Numbered from the stretch's first letter, positions 19,290-29,348 are shown. The stretch is 49,644 nucleotides of DNA from Gemmatimonadota bacterium (GCA_041484445.1 JBGPHP010000003.1:1-49644); one strand, 5' to 3'. Notes: generated from the sequence alone by a model not told the origin. Numbers and translations are program-made.

Positions 19290-20686
19290 CGCAACCATCG
19301 GTGCTGACTGGGGTGGCGCGAGGTGGCTCATGGGTGATGCCGGGCGTAGCCGGTCTGTGGATCGGCTTGTCGCTCATCGCGGCCGGCTGGGGAGGAGCGC
19401 TGGATGTGGCGTGGCCCGCCTGGAGTACCGCGTTCTGGGCGGCTGCCGTGTGGGGCGCGAACCTCCTCATTCTCCACTACGTCGTAGGACCGCCGTTCAC
19501 GATCAGCCGAATCGCCCTCTTGTCCGTCGTATTTGCCCTTCTGATGACGGTCGTAGGAAGCGGGAGCTATTGGGCCACAACCCAGTTGTTTCCGCAATAT
19601 CGGGTGTTCATCGAACGGGCGGGCCTGTTTGTGGCTCTGTGTACGCTGTGCAGCCTGATCGGCATCGTGGCGGGTCGCCGGCTCACCGCCGCGCCGCACG
19701 TCTCCGACTCGACGTTCCAGTGGGATTGGGATCGCCTCCGCATTCTGACCTACGCGCTCGCGGCAGTGTGTGCGCTGGGAACCTATATGAGCCTCCGCCG
19801 GATCGGGTATCTCCCGATTCTTTCGGGGGACCCGGAGTCGCTCCGGGTTGAGTTTCCCGCGATCGCAGGCATCTGGTTTCGCTTTTCGGTTCTCGGCATC
19901 GTGCTTGGATTGATCGCGGGCGCGCAAATCTGCGCGCGGCGCGCGAATGGCGTTGTCTGGCTGCTGGGGGCGTTCGGGTTGATCGGGGCGAGCGTGTATG
20001 GGAACCGCTTCTTCTTGGCGCTGCCGATCGGGGCGACGTTGTTGTTGTGGGATCAGGTGCGGGGACGCATTTCTCCCAGAGTGATCGGCCTTGGCCTGCT
20101 CATCGGCGTGCCAGTGCTCGCGGTGCTCGGATGGTGGCGCCAGCAGGACGCGTCGGTCGTTCTGCTGGGACCAATCGGGATGGTGCTCTTCGGAACGTTG
20201 GGAGAATTTCGCGATCTTGGGTGGACGCTCGACTACTACTCATCGGGAGCCCACCCATTGCTGCACGGGACCACGTTGGGTGGGTTGGTGGTCCCGCTCC
20301 TACCGAGTCCGCTCTGGTCGGCCGTGGGAGTGGACAAGGCGGCCATTTTCGCGCATAGCAACGCCGCGGTTCTAGCGCAGGAAATGGGACAGTTCGCAGC
20401 CCAGCGCGTCGGCATCTACGGCGAGCTGTTCATGAATTTCGGCTGGCTGGGCGCGTTGATCGGAGCCGTTCTCTATGGGATGGTGGTCGGGTATCTGGAC
20501 CGGCGCTTTGTCGAGGTGCGCGAAGGCGGTGCGGTGCGAGGAATCCTCCTTGCCGCTGTGGCGGCGGCGGTGATCTACGCGCAGGTCGGCCAGTGGAATA
20601 TGCTCACGTCCACGATCACCGGCTCCATTTACCCCATCCTGCTGCTGGCCTTGGTTGCGTCTCGCCGAGTAGCGAGGGCTGCTTGA
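19286..20686 (+). CDS. wzy: O-antigen/EPS polymerase
   Basis: About 10-12 hydrophobic helices, large loop followed by GIYGELFMNFGWLG; locus context. Confidence 0.72.
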   Translation: MTQPSVLTGVARGGSWVMPGVAGLWIGLSLIAAGWGGALDVAWPAWSTAFWAAAVWGANLLILHYVVGPPFTISRIALLSVVFALLMTVVGSGSYWATTQLFPQYRVFIERAGLFVALCTLCSLIGIVAGRRLTAAPHVSDSTFQWDWDRLRILTYALAAVCALGTYMSLRRIGYLPILSGDPESLRVEFPAIAGIWFRFSVLGIVLGLIAGAQICARRANGVVWLLGAFGLIGASVYGNRFFLALPIGATLLLWDQVRGRISPRVIGLGLLIGVPVLAVLGWWRQQDASVVLLGPIGMVLFGTLGEFRDLGWTLDYYSSGAHPLLHGTTLGGLVVPLLPSPLWSAVGVDKAAIFAHSNAAVLAQEMGQFAAQRVGIYGELFMNFGWLGALIGAVLYGMVVGYLDRRFVEVREGGAVRGILLAAVAAAVIYAQVGQWNMLTSTITGSIYPILLLALVASRRVARAA

Positions 20687-20702
20687 GCCGACGGTCCTGC
20701 TG

Positions 20703-21998
20703 ATGAGGGTCGGCGCCGCCTTCGTCCAAACCCTCGCCAGCCAGATTCTCCAATCGGCCGCGTCCATCATCACCGGAGTCCTGATTGCGCGGGGCCTCGG
20801 CCCGGCGGGGCAGGGTCGGTACGCCACGTTTGCCGCTGGCGTAGCGCTCGGTGCCCTGATCACGTCGCTCGGCCAATTTCACGGCAATGTCCTTGCCGCA
20901 GCGGATCGGCGAGTCTCGCCGCGCGTCCTACTGCTGCGTGCCGGAGTGCATGGCAGCGCGGTGTTGTTGCTGCTGTCGTCCGTCGTCCTGTTGGGTGGCA
21001 GCTTACTGGCGCCGGGGCAACGGTCAACCGTGACGATCCTCTTCGTCGTTGTGTTGTCCTTGGAAGCCATCGCCGACATGGTGCGCGGGATCAACCTCGG
21101 TCAGCACCATGTCACCGGTTGGAATGTCGCCGGGCTGACGCAGCGCCTTTTGTACTTCACGGCGATTGGCGCGCTGACGCTGCATGTCGGGTTGCGCTTG
21201 GATTCTGTAGTCACCTGCTGGGCGGTCGCGACATTCGTGAGCGTCCTGGTCAGCGGCGGCTGGATCTGGTTTCGATCACCACGGGTCGGGCTCACGGTAT
21301 CGGGATTGTGGGCCGGATGGGGCCGTCGGTTGGGACTAGGCATGCGTGCCTTCGTTACCATCGGCTTCACCCTCCTCCTCGTTCGGGCGGACGTGTGGAT
21401 GTTGGGGCCGATGCTCGGGGTGACAACGGTCGGCCAGGTCTCCGTGGCGACGTACTTCGCCGAGTGGCTTTGGTACATCCCGTCCATTCTCGGCAATCTG
21501 ATGTTCGCGGTGGTTGCGGCGGACCAGGGCACCGAGTCGGTGCGCCGGGTGGCACGGAGTGCGCGACTCGTCACCGGCCTGCTGGTGCCGACCACGGTGG
21601 TATTGCTCATCGCGGGGCGGTGGGTGGTCCACATTCTATATGGCCCGGTCTACCAGGAGGCTGGCGTCCTTTTCACGATCCTCTTGCCCGGGATGGCAGC
21701 GCTCGGGATACACCTGGTCATCGACTCGTATTTCGCCGGGAGCGGGTTTCCTCCAATCACGATTTGGGGAGCCATCGCCGCGGTGTTCATGAAGTTCAGC
21801 CTCAACTTGGCCGTCGTCCCGCGCTACGGTGCCGTAGGGGCCGCGGGCGTCACGACTCTCGTCTACAGCGGTCTGCTGGCCCTCAAGACATTTTGGTTTG
21901 TTCGTACGACGGGGGTACGCGGGCGTGATCTGTTTCTCTTGAACCGGTACGATCTAGCCTACGTGCAGAGCCGGCTGCAACTCCTTGGCAGAGTCTGA
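20703..21998 (+). CDS. wzx: Oligosaccharide flippase (MOP family)
   Basis: IARGLGPAGQGRY, RADVWMLG, ILYGPVY, VPRYGAVGAA; about 12 TM. Confidence 0.85.
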   Translation: MRVGAAFVQTLASQILQSAASIITGVLIARGLGPAGQGRYATFAAGVALGALITSLGQFHGNVLAAADRRVSPRVLLLRAGVHGSAVLLLLSSVVLLGGSLLAPGQRSTVTILFVVVLSLEAIADMVRGINLGQHHVTGWNVAGLTQRLLYFTAIGALTLHVGLRLDSVVTCWAVATFVSVLVSGGWIWFRSPRVGLTVSGLWAGWGRRLGLGMRAFVTIGFTLLLVRADVWMLGPMLGVTTVGQVSVATYFAEWLWYIPSILGNLMFAVVAADQGTESVRRVARSARLVTGLLVPTTVVLLIAGRWVVHILYGPVYQEAGVLFTILLPGMAALGIHLVIDSYFAGSGFPPITIWGAIAAVFMKFSLNLAVVPRYGAVGAAGVTTLVYSGLLALKTFWFVRTTGVRGRDLFLLNRYDLAYVQSRLQLLGRV

Positions 21999-22021
21999 CG
22001 CGTGGGGGAGGCGCGCCAAGA

Positions 22022-22753
22022 TCAAGGCTTCCGGGCGAAGAAGTACGAGTGGTAGTCGCCGTTCGAGCGCATCGCGAATACCCGGAGCTCGAGATCGCGA
22101 AACCCGATGGCCCCGAGCCATCGGAGGACATCGCGCACGCGGTAGCGGTGATACTCGGCGATGTGCAGGATACCCAACCGGCGTCGCAGTCTCGTGTAGA
22201 GATTCCAGGTGCGATACCAGAGCTCTGACTGCCGGCTCGTGATGTGGGCCCCCGGGACCGGCAGATGGAAGCAGATCGATCCGCCCGGGCGAAGCGCCCG
22301 ATGCGTCTCCCGCAAGTACGTCGTGACAACGGAATGACCGGGGAGATGCTGCAACACATGACAGGAGAACATCGCGTCGCACGACTCGTCGGGCGACGGG
22401 ATCACCGGTTGCTCGACGACTCGAAAGTCGACCGTTGCACATGCGGGACCGAGGATTTCCTTCGCTCGGGCGATCTGATGCTCGGACACGTCCAACGCGA
22501 GGACCGATGAGAAAGTCGCGGCCAACTGCTTGGTCATGCGGCCGGCGCCGCATCCGATTTCGACACACCGGCCGGGACGGAGGCCGTAGTGTTCCCAGTG
22601 CTGACGCACATCCGCGAAATCGGATGAGCCCATCGCCAGGAACTCCTCAGGGGTCCATGGGGCTGGGCCGACGGACTGCTTGCCCTCTTGACTGGCCACC
22701 GACCACAGCGGGTCGTGTTTCCCCCAGTACTTCCATTCGGCGTTCGTCTTCAC
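22022..22753 (-). CDS. Class I SAM-dependent methyltransferase
   Basis: CVEIGCGAGRM, LDVS, VLQHL, LRPGG. Confidence 0.88.
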   Translation of the reverse strand: MKTNAEWKYWGKHDPLWSVASQEGKQSVGPAPWTPEEFLAMGSSDFADVRQHWEHYGLRPGRCVEIGCGAGRMTKQLAATFSSVLALDVSEHQIARAKEILGPACATVDFRVVEQPVIPSPDESCDAMFSCHVLQHLPGHSVVTTYLRETHRALRPGGSICFHLPVPGAHITSRQSELWYRTWNLYTRLRRRLGILHIAEYHRYRVRDVLRWLGAIGFRDLELRVFAMRSNGDYHSYFFARKP

Positions 22754-23757
22754 TGGGAGCGCTGCCCCGAGAGCAACCGGAGGCGTCGGAAGGCCTCCAG
22801 GATTCGCAACTCGGCCACTAGCAAAACGAGGCCGCCCAGCAGGCCCAGCACGACGATAAAGCGCCGGTTCGGTGCCGACTTCTTCACCGGCAAGAACGGT
22901 TCGGCGAGGATCGTCAGGGTTGGGACATTGCGCGCTTCTTGCAGCCTGGCCTGCTCGAATTGTTGGACGACGGTGGCGTACAGGGACTGTTTCAATTCCG
23001 CTTCCCGTTCGAGGCGCTTCAGCTCGAACTCCAACGCCGGTGACGAGGCCACCCGGTTTCGTTGCATGAACGCCCGTACGGCCGTTTCCGCGCTATCCAG
23101 CTCCCGGCGGGTCTGGTCCATTCTCGCTTCGTAGAACTCCCGAGATCCACGTGACTGGCTCTGCCGGAATCCGACGTTGAGGGAATCCAACGCGCTCAAA
23201 AGCCGCACGGCGATTGCTCGGCTCAACTCCGGTGTCGGTGCCTCCACGGAGAGGGTGATCATGTTGGTTCGAACGTCCGCGCTGGCGCTCACATGTTTCG
23301 CCAGGTGCCGAATCGCGCGGTCCAAGCCGCGCGCCGGCGGCTCGTCGTCGAACCCCTCGATGTGGATGTAGTCGTGACCGGCGCTGTCGTTCGGAGAGAC
23401 CGGATAGGCGGTGAGGACGGCGGAGCGCAACACAGGACGGCTGGAGAGAAGGTCTGAGTAGAACTTGGGGGAATAGTCGTTGCCTCGCTCGAGCCCAAGG
23501 CTCAACGCAGCGCCCTGGAGCGCGGCCGGCAAATTGAGTGATGAAGACCCCTGTGCGATAAAAGTCGCACTTGAGGTGTAGCGATTCGGGAGCAGCAACG
23601 CGATTCCTGCGGCGAGGATGCCGCCGGTCATCATGTAGCCTACGACCTTCCATCGAGCGGCCAGCAGCGGGGTGACGAGCTGCCGGCCCCATAGGAGTGC
23701 GGCGTCCAACGCCGGGATGCTCGGTTTGAGAGACGGCTCCGGATTGGACATCCTCAC
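22750..23757 (-). CDS. wzz: Chain-length determinant (Wzz/GNVR domain); start may be ATG 23751
   Basis: N-terminal TM then LPNRYTSSA, coiled coil, P-x-P-x-KKSAP then C-terminal TM; no kinase domain. Confidence 0.82.
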   Translation of the reverse strand: MRMSNPEPSLKPSIPALDAALLWGRQLVTPLLAARWKVVGYMMTGGILAAGIALLLPNRYTSSATFIAQGSSSLNLPAALQGAALSLGLERGNDYSPKFYSDLLSSRPVLRSAVLTAYPVSPNDSAGHDYIHIEGFDDEPPARGLDRAIRHLAKHVSASADVRTNMITLSVEAPTPELSRAIAVRLLSALDSLNVGFRQSQSRGSREFYEARMDQTRRELDSAETAVRAFMQRNRVASSPALEFELKRLEREAELKQSLYATVVQQFEQARLQEARNVPTLTILAEPFLPVKKSAPNRRFIVVLGLLGGLVLLVAELRILEAFRRLRLLSGQRSQ

Positions 23758-24438
23758 CTACCTAGTCACGGCGACGTCAGTCGCGATTGGGTCGGGTGCG
23801 GGGACATCGGGCGGGACATACACCGCGTACCAGGATTTCACGAACGGTCCGAGTCGTTCGGCAACGATGCGCGCTTCGGGGAATAGGTCCTCCAGCTCGT
23901 GCTTCGTCATCAGCCGGATCGTCCCAAAGGCATCGGTCCTCTTGAACGTTCCGATATTGAAGTGTGTGTGCAGCCACCGCTGCACCGCAACGGGAAGGAA
24001 TTGAAAGAGCGGAAACAGGTAGTGAGGCTCGATCGGAAACCACCGATTCGGGGTTTGCACGAAGTACCGGCGACCGACCCGCCGGATCTCGCAGCCAAAT
24101 CGCCGTTGTGCCTCGTAGGTCGCAAGGTGTTCGATCACCGAATTGGAGAACGCCACCTCGAACGCCTGATTGGCAAACGGCAGGGCACAGCCGTCGGCAC
24201 GTACACGCAGGCCTCCCGCACTTCCGGCGAGGTCGAGATTGCAGCGGAGCACCGAACCCTTCCAGTCGACGAACCACCACGAGACATCCGTTCCGCCGAC
24301 ATCGATTACCGACTCGACGCCGTGAAGCCGCAACAGGGTCCGTACCGACGTCCATCGTCGAAGGCGAAAGCGCGAGGCCAAACTCCCCGACCGCCGGTCC
24401 GAGAGCGACTGACGGATCAGCCAATCGCGAATCCCCAC
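23758..24438 (-). CDS. Class I SAM-dependent methyltransferase (type 11)
   Basis: VIDVGG, ADGCALPF, FSNSVIEH, QTPNRWFPIEPH. Confidence 0.85.
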   Translation of the reverse strand: MGIRDWLIRQSLSDRRSGSLASRFRLRRWTSVRTLLRLHGVESVIDVGGTDVSWWFVDWKGSVLRCNLDLAGSAGGLRVRADGCALPFANQAFEVAFSNSVIEHLATYEAQRRFGCEIRRVGRRYFVQTPNRWFPIEPHYLFPLFQFLPVAVQRWLHTHFNIGTFKRTDAFGTIRLMTKHELEDLFPEARIVAERLGPFVKSWYAVYVPPDVPAPDPIATDVAVTR

Positions 24439-24439
24439 G

Positions 24440-26677
24440 CTACAGCTTGGTGGCCACCACCACGATCGTCACGGCACTCGCCAGGATCTGCGCGATCGCC
24501 GAGAACAGCGTCACGTAGTCGGTCTTGTGGGCCGTCGGATCCTCCATCGGCACCAGCACCTCCGACCCAGGCCCCGGCTTCGGTGCGCTGCCACCGAACA
24601 GGCCGCCGCGCCGCGTGCGCACTTCACCGTTGGCGAACCGCACGCTCACGGCGCCCTTGTCCGCATGCGGAGCGAATCCCCCGGCGGCGCTCAGGTAATA
24701 TTCCAGGTTCGCCCCGCGCCGCCACAACACGCTCCCCGGCGAATTCACCGCCCCACTCACCTTCACGCTCGGCTGATACTCGGGCACGTTGATCGAATCG
24801 CCCGGCTGCAGCGTCACGTTGGCCGATGAGGCCGTGTCGTGCAGCGCCCGGGCCAGGTCCACGTTGATCCGCCCGACCTGGTTCTGCTGGCGCACGAACC
24901 GGATGCCCTCGGCATACGCCTGATTGGTCAGCCCACCTGCACGATCGATCACGTCGGAGAGACGATCGCTCTTGGTCCGCAGCGAATACACACCCGGATA
25001 CCGCACCTCGCCCGCCACGATCACGGTGCGCTGGTAGTCGAAATCGGGCTGGCGCAGGATCAGGACGTTGTCGAACGGCTCGAGGGTCACTTCGGGAGCA
25101 CCCCCGGCGGGGAACGGCAACCCCGGCGGCCCGACGTAGCGCCCCAGCGAGTCGCGATCGAGCAGGTAGGTGGAATCGAGCGCCACGCGAATCGTGGTGG
25201 CGAGCTGCCCCGCCGAACGGTCGGTGGGGAGGCGTGCGACTTCGGCTTCCTTGAGATACGCCCCGACCCGCGGGCCCCGGGCCAGCATCATCAGCGCCCG
25301 CAAGGTCAGCCCCGCGTGCCAGGGAAATACGCCCGGCTTGTTCACCATGCCGGCGATGGCCACGGTGTACTGCGAATCGACCGGCGGCAGCGAATCCACC
25401 GCGACGGAATCGCCATCCGCCAGTCCCACGGGCGGCACGGCGACCCCGCTGACGCCACCGGTGTCGGCGGGGACGAGGCTCACGTCCACCGTGGCCCGCG
25501 AGGGAGCGGGCGGATGGCGCTCGGACGCCGGTAGAAACCGGTGAATGGTGACGCGCTTCAGCTCCGCATCGGGTCGAAACCCTCCGGCCGCGCGCAGCAG
25601 ATCGGCCAGCGTCTCGCCCGGTCTGATGGCGTAGATGGCGGGTCGGCTGACCGCTCCGGTCACCTGCGCCCGCAGGCCATGCGCCGGCACGAAGACGACG
25701 TCGCCCGTTTCGAGACGCACGTCCCCCTTGGTGTCGCCGCGCAGCAGATAGTCGTACAGGTCGAACGTCGCCACGAGGTTGCCCGCGCGACGCACCGCGA
25801 CCTGCCGCATGTCGGCGCGGTCGGTAATGCCGCCCGCCGCATAGAGGCCGGTGAGGACCGTGCCCAGCGAGCTGATCTGGTAGGCCCCGGGCTGTTGCAC
25901 CTCACCGGTGACGTACACCTGGTTGGCGCGCACGTTGGCGACCGACACGTCGAAATGGGTGGTCGCATTGGTACGACGCACGCCGGAGTACACGCGCGAC
26001 AGACGGGTGAACAGCAGGTCGCGCAGCTGCTCGACCGTCAGGTTGGTGACGAATACCTGTCCCACCTGCGGGATCAGCACGAACCCCTCCCGCGTGACGG
26101 GGAGGGTGTAGCTCAGCTCGACGTCACCCGTGAGGATGAGCACGAGCTGATCGCCGGGACCGAGCCGGTAATCGGGCGGCACGGGACCCGCGAGCAGCGG
26201 GAGGAACTGGGTGGTGGTGCGCCGAAACGCGTCCACGCCGAACACCAGACTGGTGGATTCCGGTTTCGATCCCGCGGTCAGGGCGCGCACGAAGCCGGTG
26301 TCGAGCGGGAGGTTCGTGAGGTTCACCGATATCGGCTGCAGACCGATCGCCTGGATGGCCGCGACCTGATCCACCGAAATGGTCGGCTGGCCGCCCTGCG
26401 GGCTCTCGGCTCCCAGGTACGCGTCGAGCAGTGTGGGCGGGTAGCCCGAGGCCTGGAGCCGCGCCCGGATCTGGTCCGGCGTCATCCCCGACTGCAGGAT
26501 GCGGTTTCGGATCTGCGCCGCGAGAGCGGGATTCTGTTGCAGCGCCTGCTGTAATGCCGCTTCAGCCTGGGAAGGCGGCGGCAGGGCCGGATTCTGCGCT
26601 GCTGCCGGCCGCAGGGTTGCCGCGGCCAGGAGCAGGGAGCACAGAGCAGTACGCTTCGCGGGGCTCGTGAGGGTCAT
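24440..26677 (-). CDS. Long multi-SLBB polysaccharide export protein (KpsD/OtnA-like OPX)
   Basis: Signal peptide, DYRLGPGD PES motif, several SLBB repeats (VTGEVQQPG, VTGAVSRPA, IAGMVNKPG, VAGEVRYPG, VSGAVNSPG), C-terminal hydrophobic helix. Confidence 0.88.
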   Translation of the reverse strand: MTLTSPAKRTALCSLLLAAATLRPAAAQNPALPPPSQAEAALQQALQQNPALAAQIRNRILQSGMTPDQIRARLQASGYPPTLLDAYLGAESPQGGQPTISVDQVAAIQAIGLQPISVNLTNLPLDTGFVRALTAGSKPESTSLVFGVDAFRRTTTQFLPLLAGPVPPDYRLGPGDQLVLILTGDVELSYTLPVTREGFVLIPQVGQVFVTNLTVEQLRDLLFTRLSRVYSGVRRTNATTHFDVSVANVRANQVYVTGEVQQPGAYQISSLGTVLTGLYAAGGITDRADMRQVAVRRAGNLVATFDLYDYLLRGDTKGDVRLETGDVVFVPAHGLRAQVTGAVSRPAIYAIRPGETLADLLRAAGGFRPDAELKRVTIHRFLPASERHPPAPSRATVDVSLVPADTGGVSGVAVPPVGLADGDSVAVDSLPPVDSQYTVAIAGMVNKPGVFPWHAGLTLRALMMLARGPRVGAYLKEAEVARLPTDRSAGQLATTIRVALDSTYLLDRDSLGRYVGPPGLPFPAGGAPEVTLEPFDNVLILRQPDFDYQRTVIVAGEVRYPGVYSLRTKSDRLSDVIDRAGGLTNQAYAEGIRFVRQQNQVGRINVDLARALHDTASSANVTLQPGDSINVPEYQPSVKVSGAVNSPGSVLWRRGANLEYYLSAAGGFAPHADKGAVSVRFANGEVRTRRGGLFGGSAPKPGPGSEVLVPMEDPTAHKTDYVTLFSAIAQILASAVTIVVVATKL

Positions 26678-26689
26678 GGAGCGCCCGAA

Positions 26690-26718
26690 AAGATGGGCGC
26701 TAAGCCATGGTGAGTCAA
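26690..26718 (-). promoter_or_regulatory. Sigma-70 promoter for the SLBB exporter gene
   Basis: Minus strand TTGACT-N17-CATCTT, 12 nt upstream of ATG 26677. Confidence 0.5.
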
Positions 26719-26722
26719 GGCG

Positions 26723-27916
26723 TTATGAGAAGAGGCTGCGGTAGACGTTCGCGGTCATCTCCGCGGTCCGCCGCCACGTGAACCCTTCCGCCCGGTGCAT
26801 GCCCAGGGCCACCAGCGCCTCGCGGCGGTCCTGATCCTCCGATAGCTCGACCAGCGCCTGGACGTACGCGGCGGGGTCACGCCCCTCGACGATCACGGCG
26901 GCGTCGCCCGCGACTTCGCGTAGTCCCCCCGCTCCCGACGTGACGACCGGGAGCCCCGAGGCGAACGCTTCGAGCACCGGGAAGCCGAACCCTTCGTAGA
27001 GCGACGGGAACAGCAGGACGTCCGCGGCGCTGTAGGCGCGTCGCAGCGTACTCTCGTCCGCCGCGGGGACGCTGCGCAGGAAGCGCCGCAGTCCGAGTCG
27101 CTCGACCAGCTGCTCCTGATCGGCGGTCAGGCGGCCGCCGACTTGCAGCAGGTGGACGTCCACCCCCACCTCCATCCGCAACCGGGCCACGGTCTGGATG
27201 ACGAGCGGGACGTTCTTGCGGTCCACGGTCGAGCCCACGTGCAGCACGACGAATGCTTCTTCGGGGATGCGCCAGTCGCGCCGGCCGCGCTCGCGTCCGC
27301 CCGGGGCTTCGCGGAAGAAGGCACGATCCACGCCGAAGGGGACGACGCGGATCTTTTGGTCGTCGCCCAGCCAGGTGGCGAGCTCCCGGCGCAGCCATTC
27401 GGTTCCGACGAGGAAGGCATCGGCGGCCCGCAGCGCTTTGAGCGTGCGCCGCAGCAGCCGATTGCGAAACGATTCGGCGAGGCCGCCGGTGGGCGAGCGC
27501 AGCACGATGACCGGCATGAGGTCATGCACCGTGACGACGACGGGTCGCCGGCCCGCGCGGAACAGAAGGTGCGCGTACGTGTGGTCGAGGATATGCACCA
27601 CGTCGGCGCGCTTTGCCTGGCGGCCCAGGCGCAACGGATAGAAGAAGAACCGCGCCGCGAACCCTTGCGGTCCGCGCAATGGGCCGGGAAGCACGACCCG
27701 GGAGGGATCGATGGGTTGATTCCACCAGCGGGTGTAGCTGCCGGACGTGCGGCCACCCGGGCCGGCGTCGCGCGTCAGCTCGCCGATGTGAGCGGCGAGC
27801 CGGACCTCGAATCCCGGATCGCCGCTCTCGAGCCAGTCGTGCAGGCGGTGCGCATACTTGTCCATCACCGCGGCGCGGTCCAACGGGAGGTCGGGGACGA
27901 GCAGGACGCGGGACAT
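26723..27916 (-). CDS. Glycosyltransferase family 4 (MtfB/WbpX-like)
   Basis: VTVHDL, RKNV, FPSLYEGFGFPVLEAFASGLPVV. Confidence 0.92.
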   Translation of the reverse strand: MSRVLLVPDLPLDRAAVMDKYAHRLHDWLESGDPGFEVRLAAHIGELTRDAGPGGRTSGSYTRWWNQPIDPSRVVLPGPLRGPQGFAARFFFYPLRLGRQAKRADVVHILDHTYAHLLFRAGRRPVVVTVHDLMPVIVLRSPTGGLAESFRNRLLRRTLKALRAADAFLVGTEWLRRELATWLGDDQKIRVVPFGVDRAFFREAPGGRERGRRDWRIPEEAFVVLHVGSTVDRKNVPLVIQTVARLRMEVGVDVHLLQVGGRLTADQEQLVERLGLRRFLRSVPAADESTLRRAYSAADVLLFPSLYEGFGFPVLEAFASGLPVVTSGAGGLREVAGDAAVIVEGRDPAAYVQALVELSEDQDRREALVALGMHRAEGFTWRRTAEMTANVYRSLFS

Positions 27917-27919
27917 GGG

Positions 27920-29074
27920 CTAGCATGATCCTCGGTTGGACAGCGATTGCCAGAACGCGACGGTGCGCTCCGCTACGGCGTCGTCGCTGAACAGCTCGAT
28001 CGCCCGGGCCCGCGCCGCCCGCGCGAGCGCCGCGCGCCGCTCGGGGTCGAGCACCTCGCCCAGGGCCGCGGCCAGCGCCGCCGCGTCGCCCGGCGGTGTG
28101 ACGATCCCCGCCGGACCGATGAGCTCCGGCAACGCGCCGGTGTCGGAGCCGATCACGGCCACTTCGTGCGCCATCGCCTCGAGCAACGTTGTCCCGGTCG
28201 GCTCGTTCCAGCTACCCGAGGGCCGCGAGGGCGCGACCAGCACATCCCAGGACGGCCACCGCAAGGCGAGCTGCTCGGGCGGCAGGGCGCCCACCCAGTG
28301 CACCCGGGCGGCGAGCCGCAGCTCACTCGCCAGCCGCTCGAGGCGCTCGCGCTCGGGGCCGTCACCGGCCACGACGAGTCGCCAGGCGGCGTGACGGTGC
28401 TGCGCCAGCGCTCCGAGCAAGGTATCGAGCCCGCGGTGCGGCACCAGGCGACCCACGAATCCGATGGTGAGACCGTCGTGCGCTTCGTGCGCCGGCGTCG
28501 GTGGGACGGCCGCGCCTTGCGGCGGCAGGACGCCGACCGGCAGGGCCGGTGCGTCGCGCTTCACCAGTTTCGCGGCGCCGTCACTCGCCGCCAGTGCCCC
28601 GGCCAGGCGCCGCAGCGTGCGACGCCGGCGCCAGCGCTCGAGCCAGGAGCGGCCGCCGTCGACGTTGGCGACCGTCACGAGCACCGTCGGGACGCGGAGT
28701 CGCGCGGCGAGCCGCACGAGTTGGCGCGCGAGGGCCGTCTCGGGTTCGGCCTCGATCTGTACCAGCTCAGGCCGCTTGTCGCGCACCAGGGCGGCCAGCG
28801 CACGGGCGGCGAAGCGCGCCTGCGCGGGGTCGCCCATGTGGCGCACGGCGATGGGGAATACTTCGAGCGCCTGCTGCCGCTCCCAGGTGGTTTCGCGCGT
28901 GCGGTCCAGCACCGGATCGCGCCACCGCTGCGGCACGGCGACGGTCAACTCGAGCCCACGTCCGGCGAGGGCGCGCAGCTTGCCCCGGGTGGAAGGCTCG
29001 ATGTAGGCGTGGCCCGCGATGAGCACCCGGCGGATGGTCGGATGGGGGGAGAGACGGACGGAATCCTGGGGCAT
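27920..29074 (-). CDS. Glycosyltransferase family 4 (start 29074 or 29095)
   Basis: IGFVGRLVPHRGL, GDGPER, EPTGTTLLEAMAHEVAVIGSDTGALPE. Confidence 0.88.
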   Translation of the reverse strand: MPQDSVRLSPHPTIRRVLIAGHAYIEPSTRGKLRALAGRGLELTVAVPQRWRDPVLDRTRETTWERQQALEVFPIAVRHMGDPAQARFAARALAALVRDKRPELVQIEAEPETALARQLVRLAARLRVPTVLVTVANVDGGRSWLERWRRRRTLRRLAGALAASDGAAKLVKRDAPALPVGVLPPQGAAVPPTPAHEAHDGLTIGFVGRLVPHRGLDTLLGALAQHRHAAWRLVVAGDGPERERLERLASELRLAARVHWVGALPPEQLALRWPSWDVLVAPSRPSGSWNEPTGTTLLEAMAHEVAVIGSDTGALPELIGPAGIVTPPGDAAALAAALGEVLDPERRAALARAARARAIELFSDDAVAERTVAFWQSLSNRGSC

Positions 29075-29116
29075 GTCAGCGTTTGATCCGCCCATCCGTC
29101 GATCCGCCGATCTGCT
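29029..29116. repeat. Inverted pair of degenerate 4x octamer arrays (GGCGGATG family)
   Basis: GGCGGATG GTCGGATG GGGGGAGA GACGGACG (29029-29060), 24-nt spacer, GATCCGCC CATCCGTC GATCCGCC GATCTGCT (29085-29116). Confidence 0.7.
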
Positions 29117-29142
29117 GGGCGGTGTGGTGTGGTGCGGGGAAG

Positions 29143-29216
29143 TGGGCGGTACAGGACTCGAACCTGTGACCTCCGGTATGTGAGACCGGCGCTCTAACCA
29201 GCTGAGCTAACCACCC
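29143..29216 (-). tRNA. tRNA-Val (CAC)
   Basis: GGGTGGTTAGCTCAGCTGGTTAGAGCGCCGGTCTCACATACCGGAGGTCACAGGTTCGAGTCCTGTACCGCCCA; full cloverleaf; CCA not encoded. Confidence 0.97.
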
Positions 29217-29297
29217 GCAATGAGTCACTCGACTTCGACTGACCGGTGGCCCAAGATAGCTGCAGGCTGGCCGACACGGAACTGGATGACCACAAAT

Positions 29298-29330
29298 AGA
29301 ACGGCCCCTGCATGACGCAGGAGCCGTTCT
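29298..29330 (-). terminator. Probable intrinsic terminator after yggT-like gene
   Basis: Minus strand AGAACGGCTCCTGC-GTCAT-GCAGGGGCCGTTCT (14 bp, one U-G) followed by ATTTGT. Confidence 0.6.
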
Positions 29331-29348
29331 TGGAATTCCAACGCTGTC

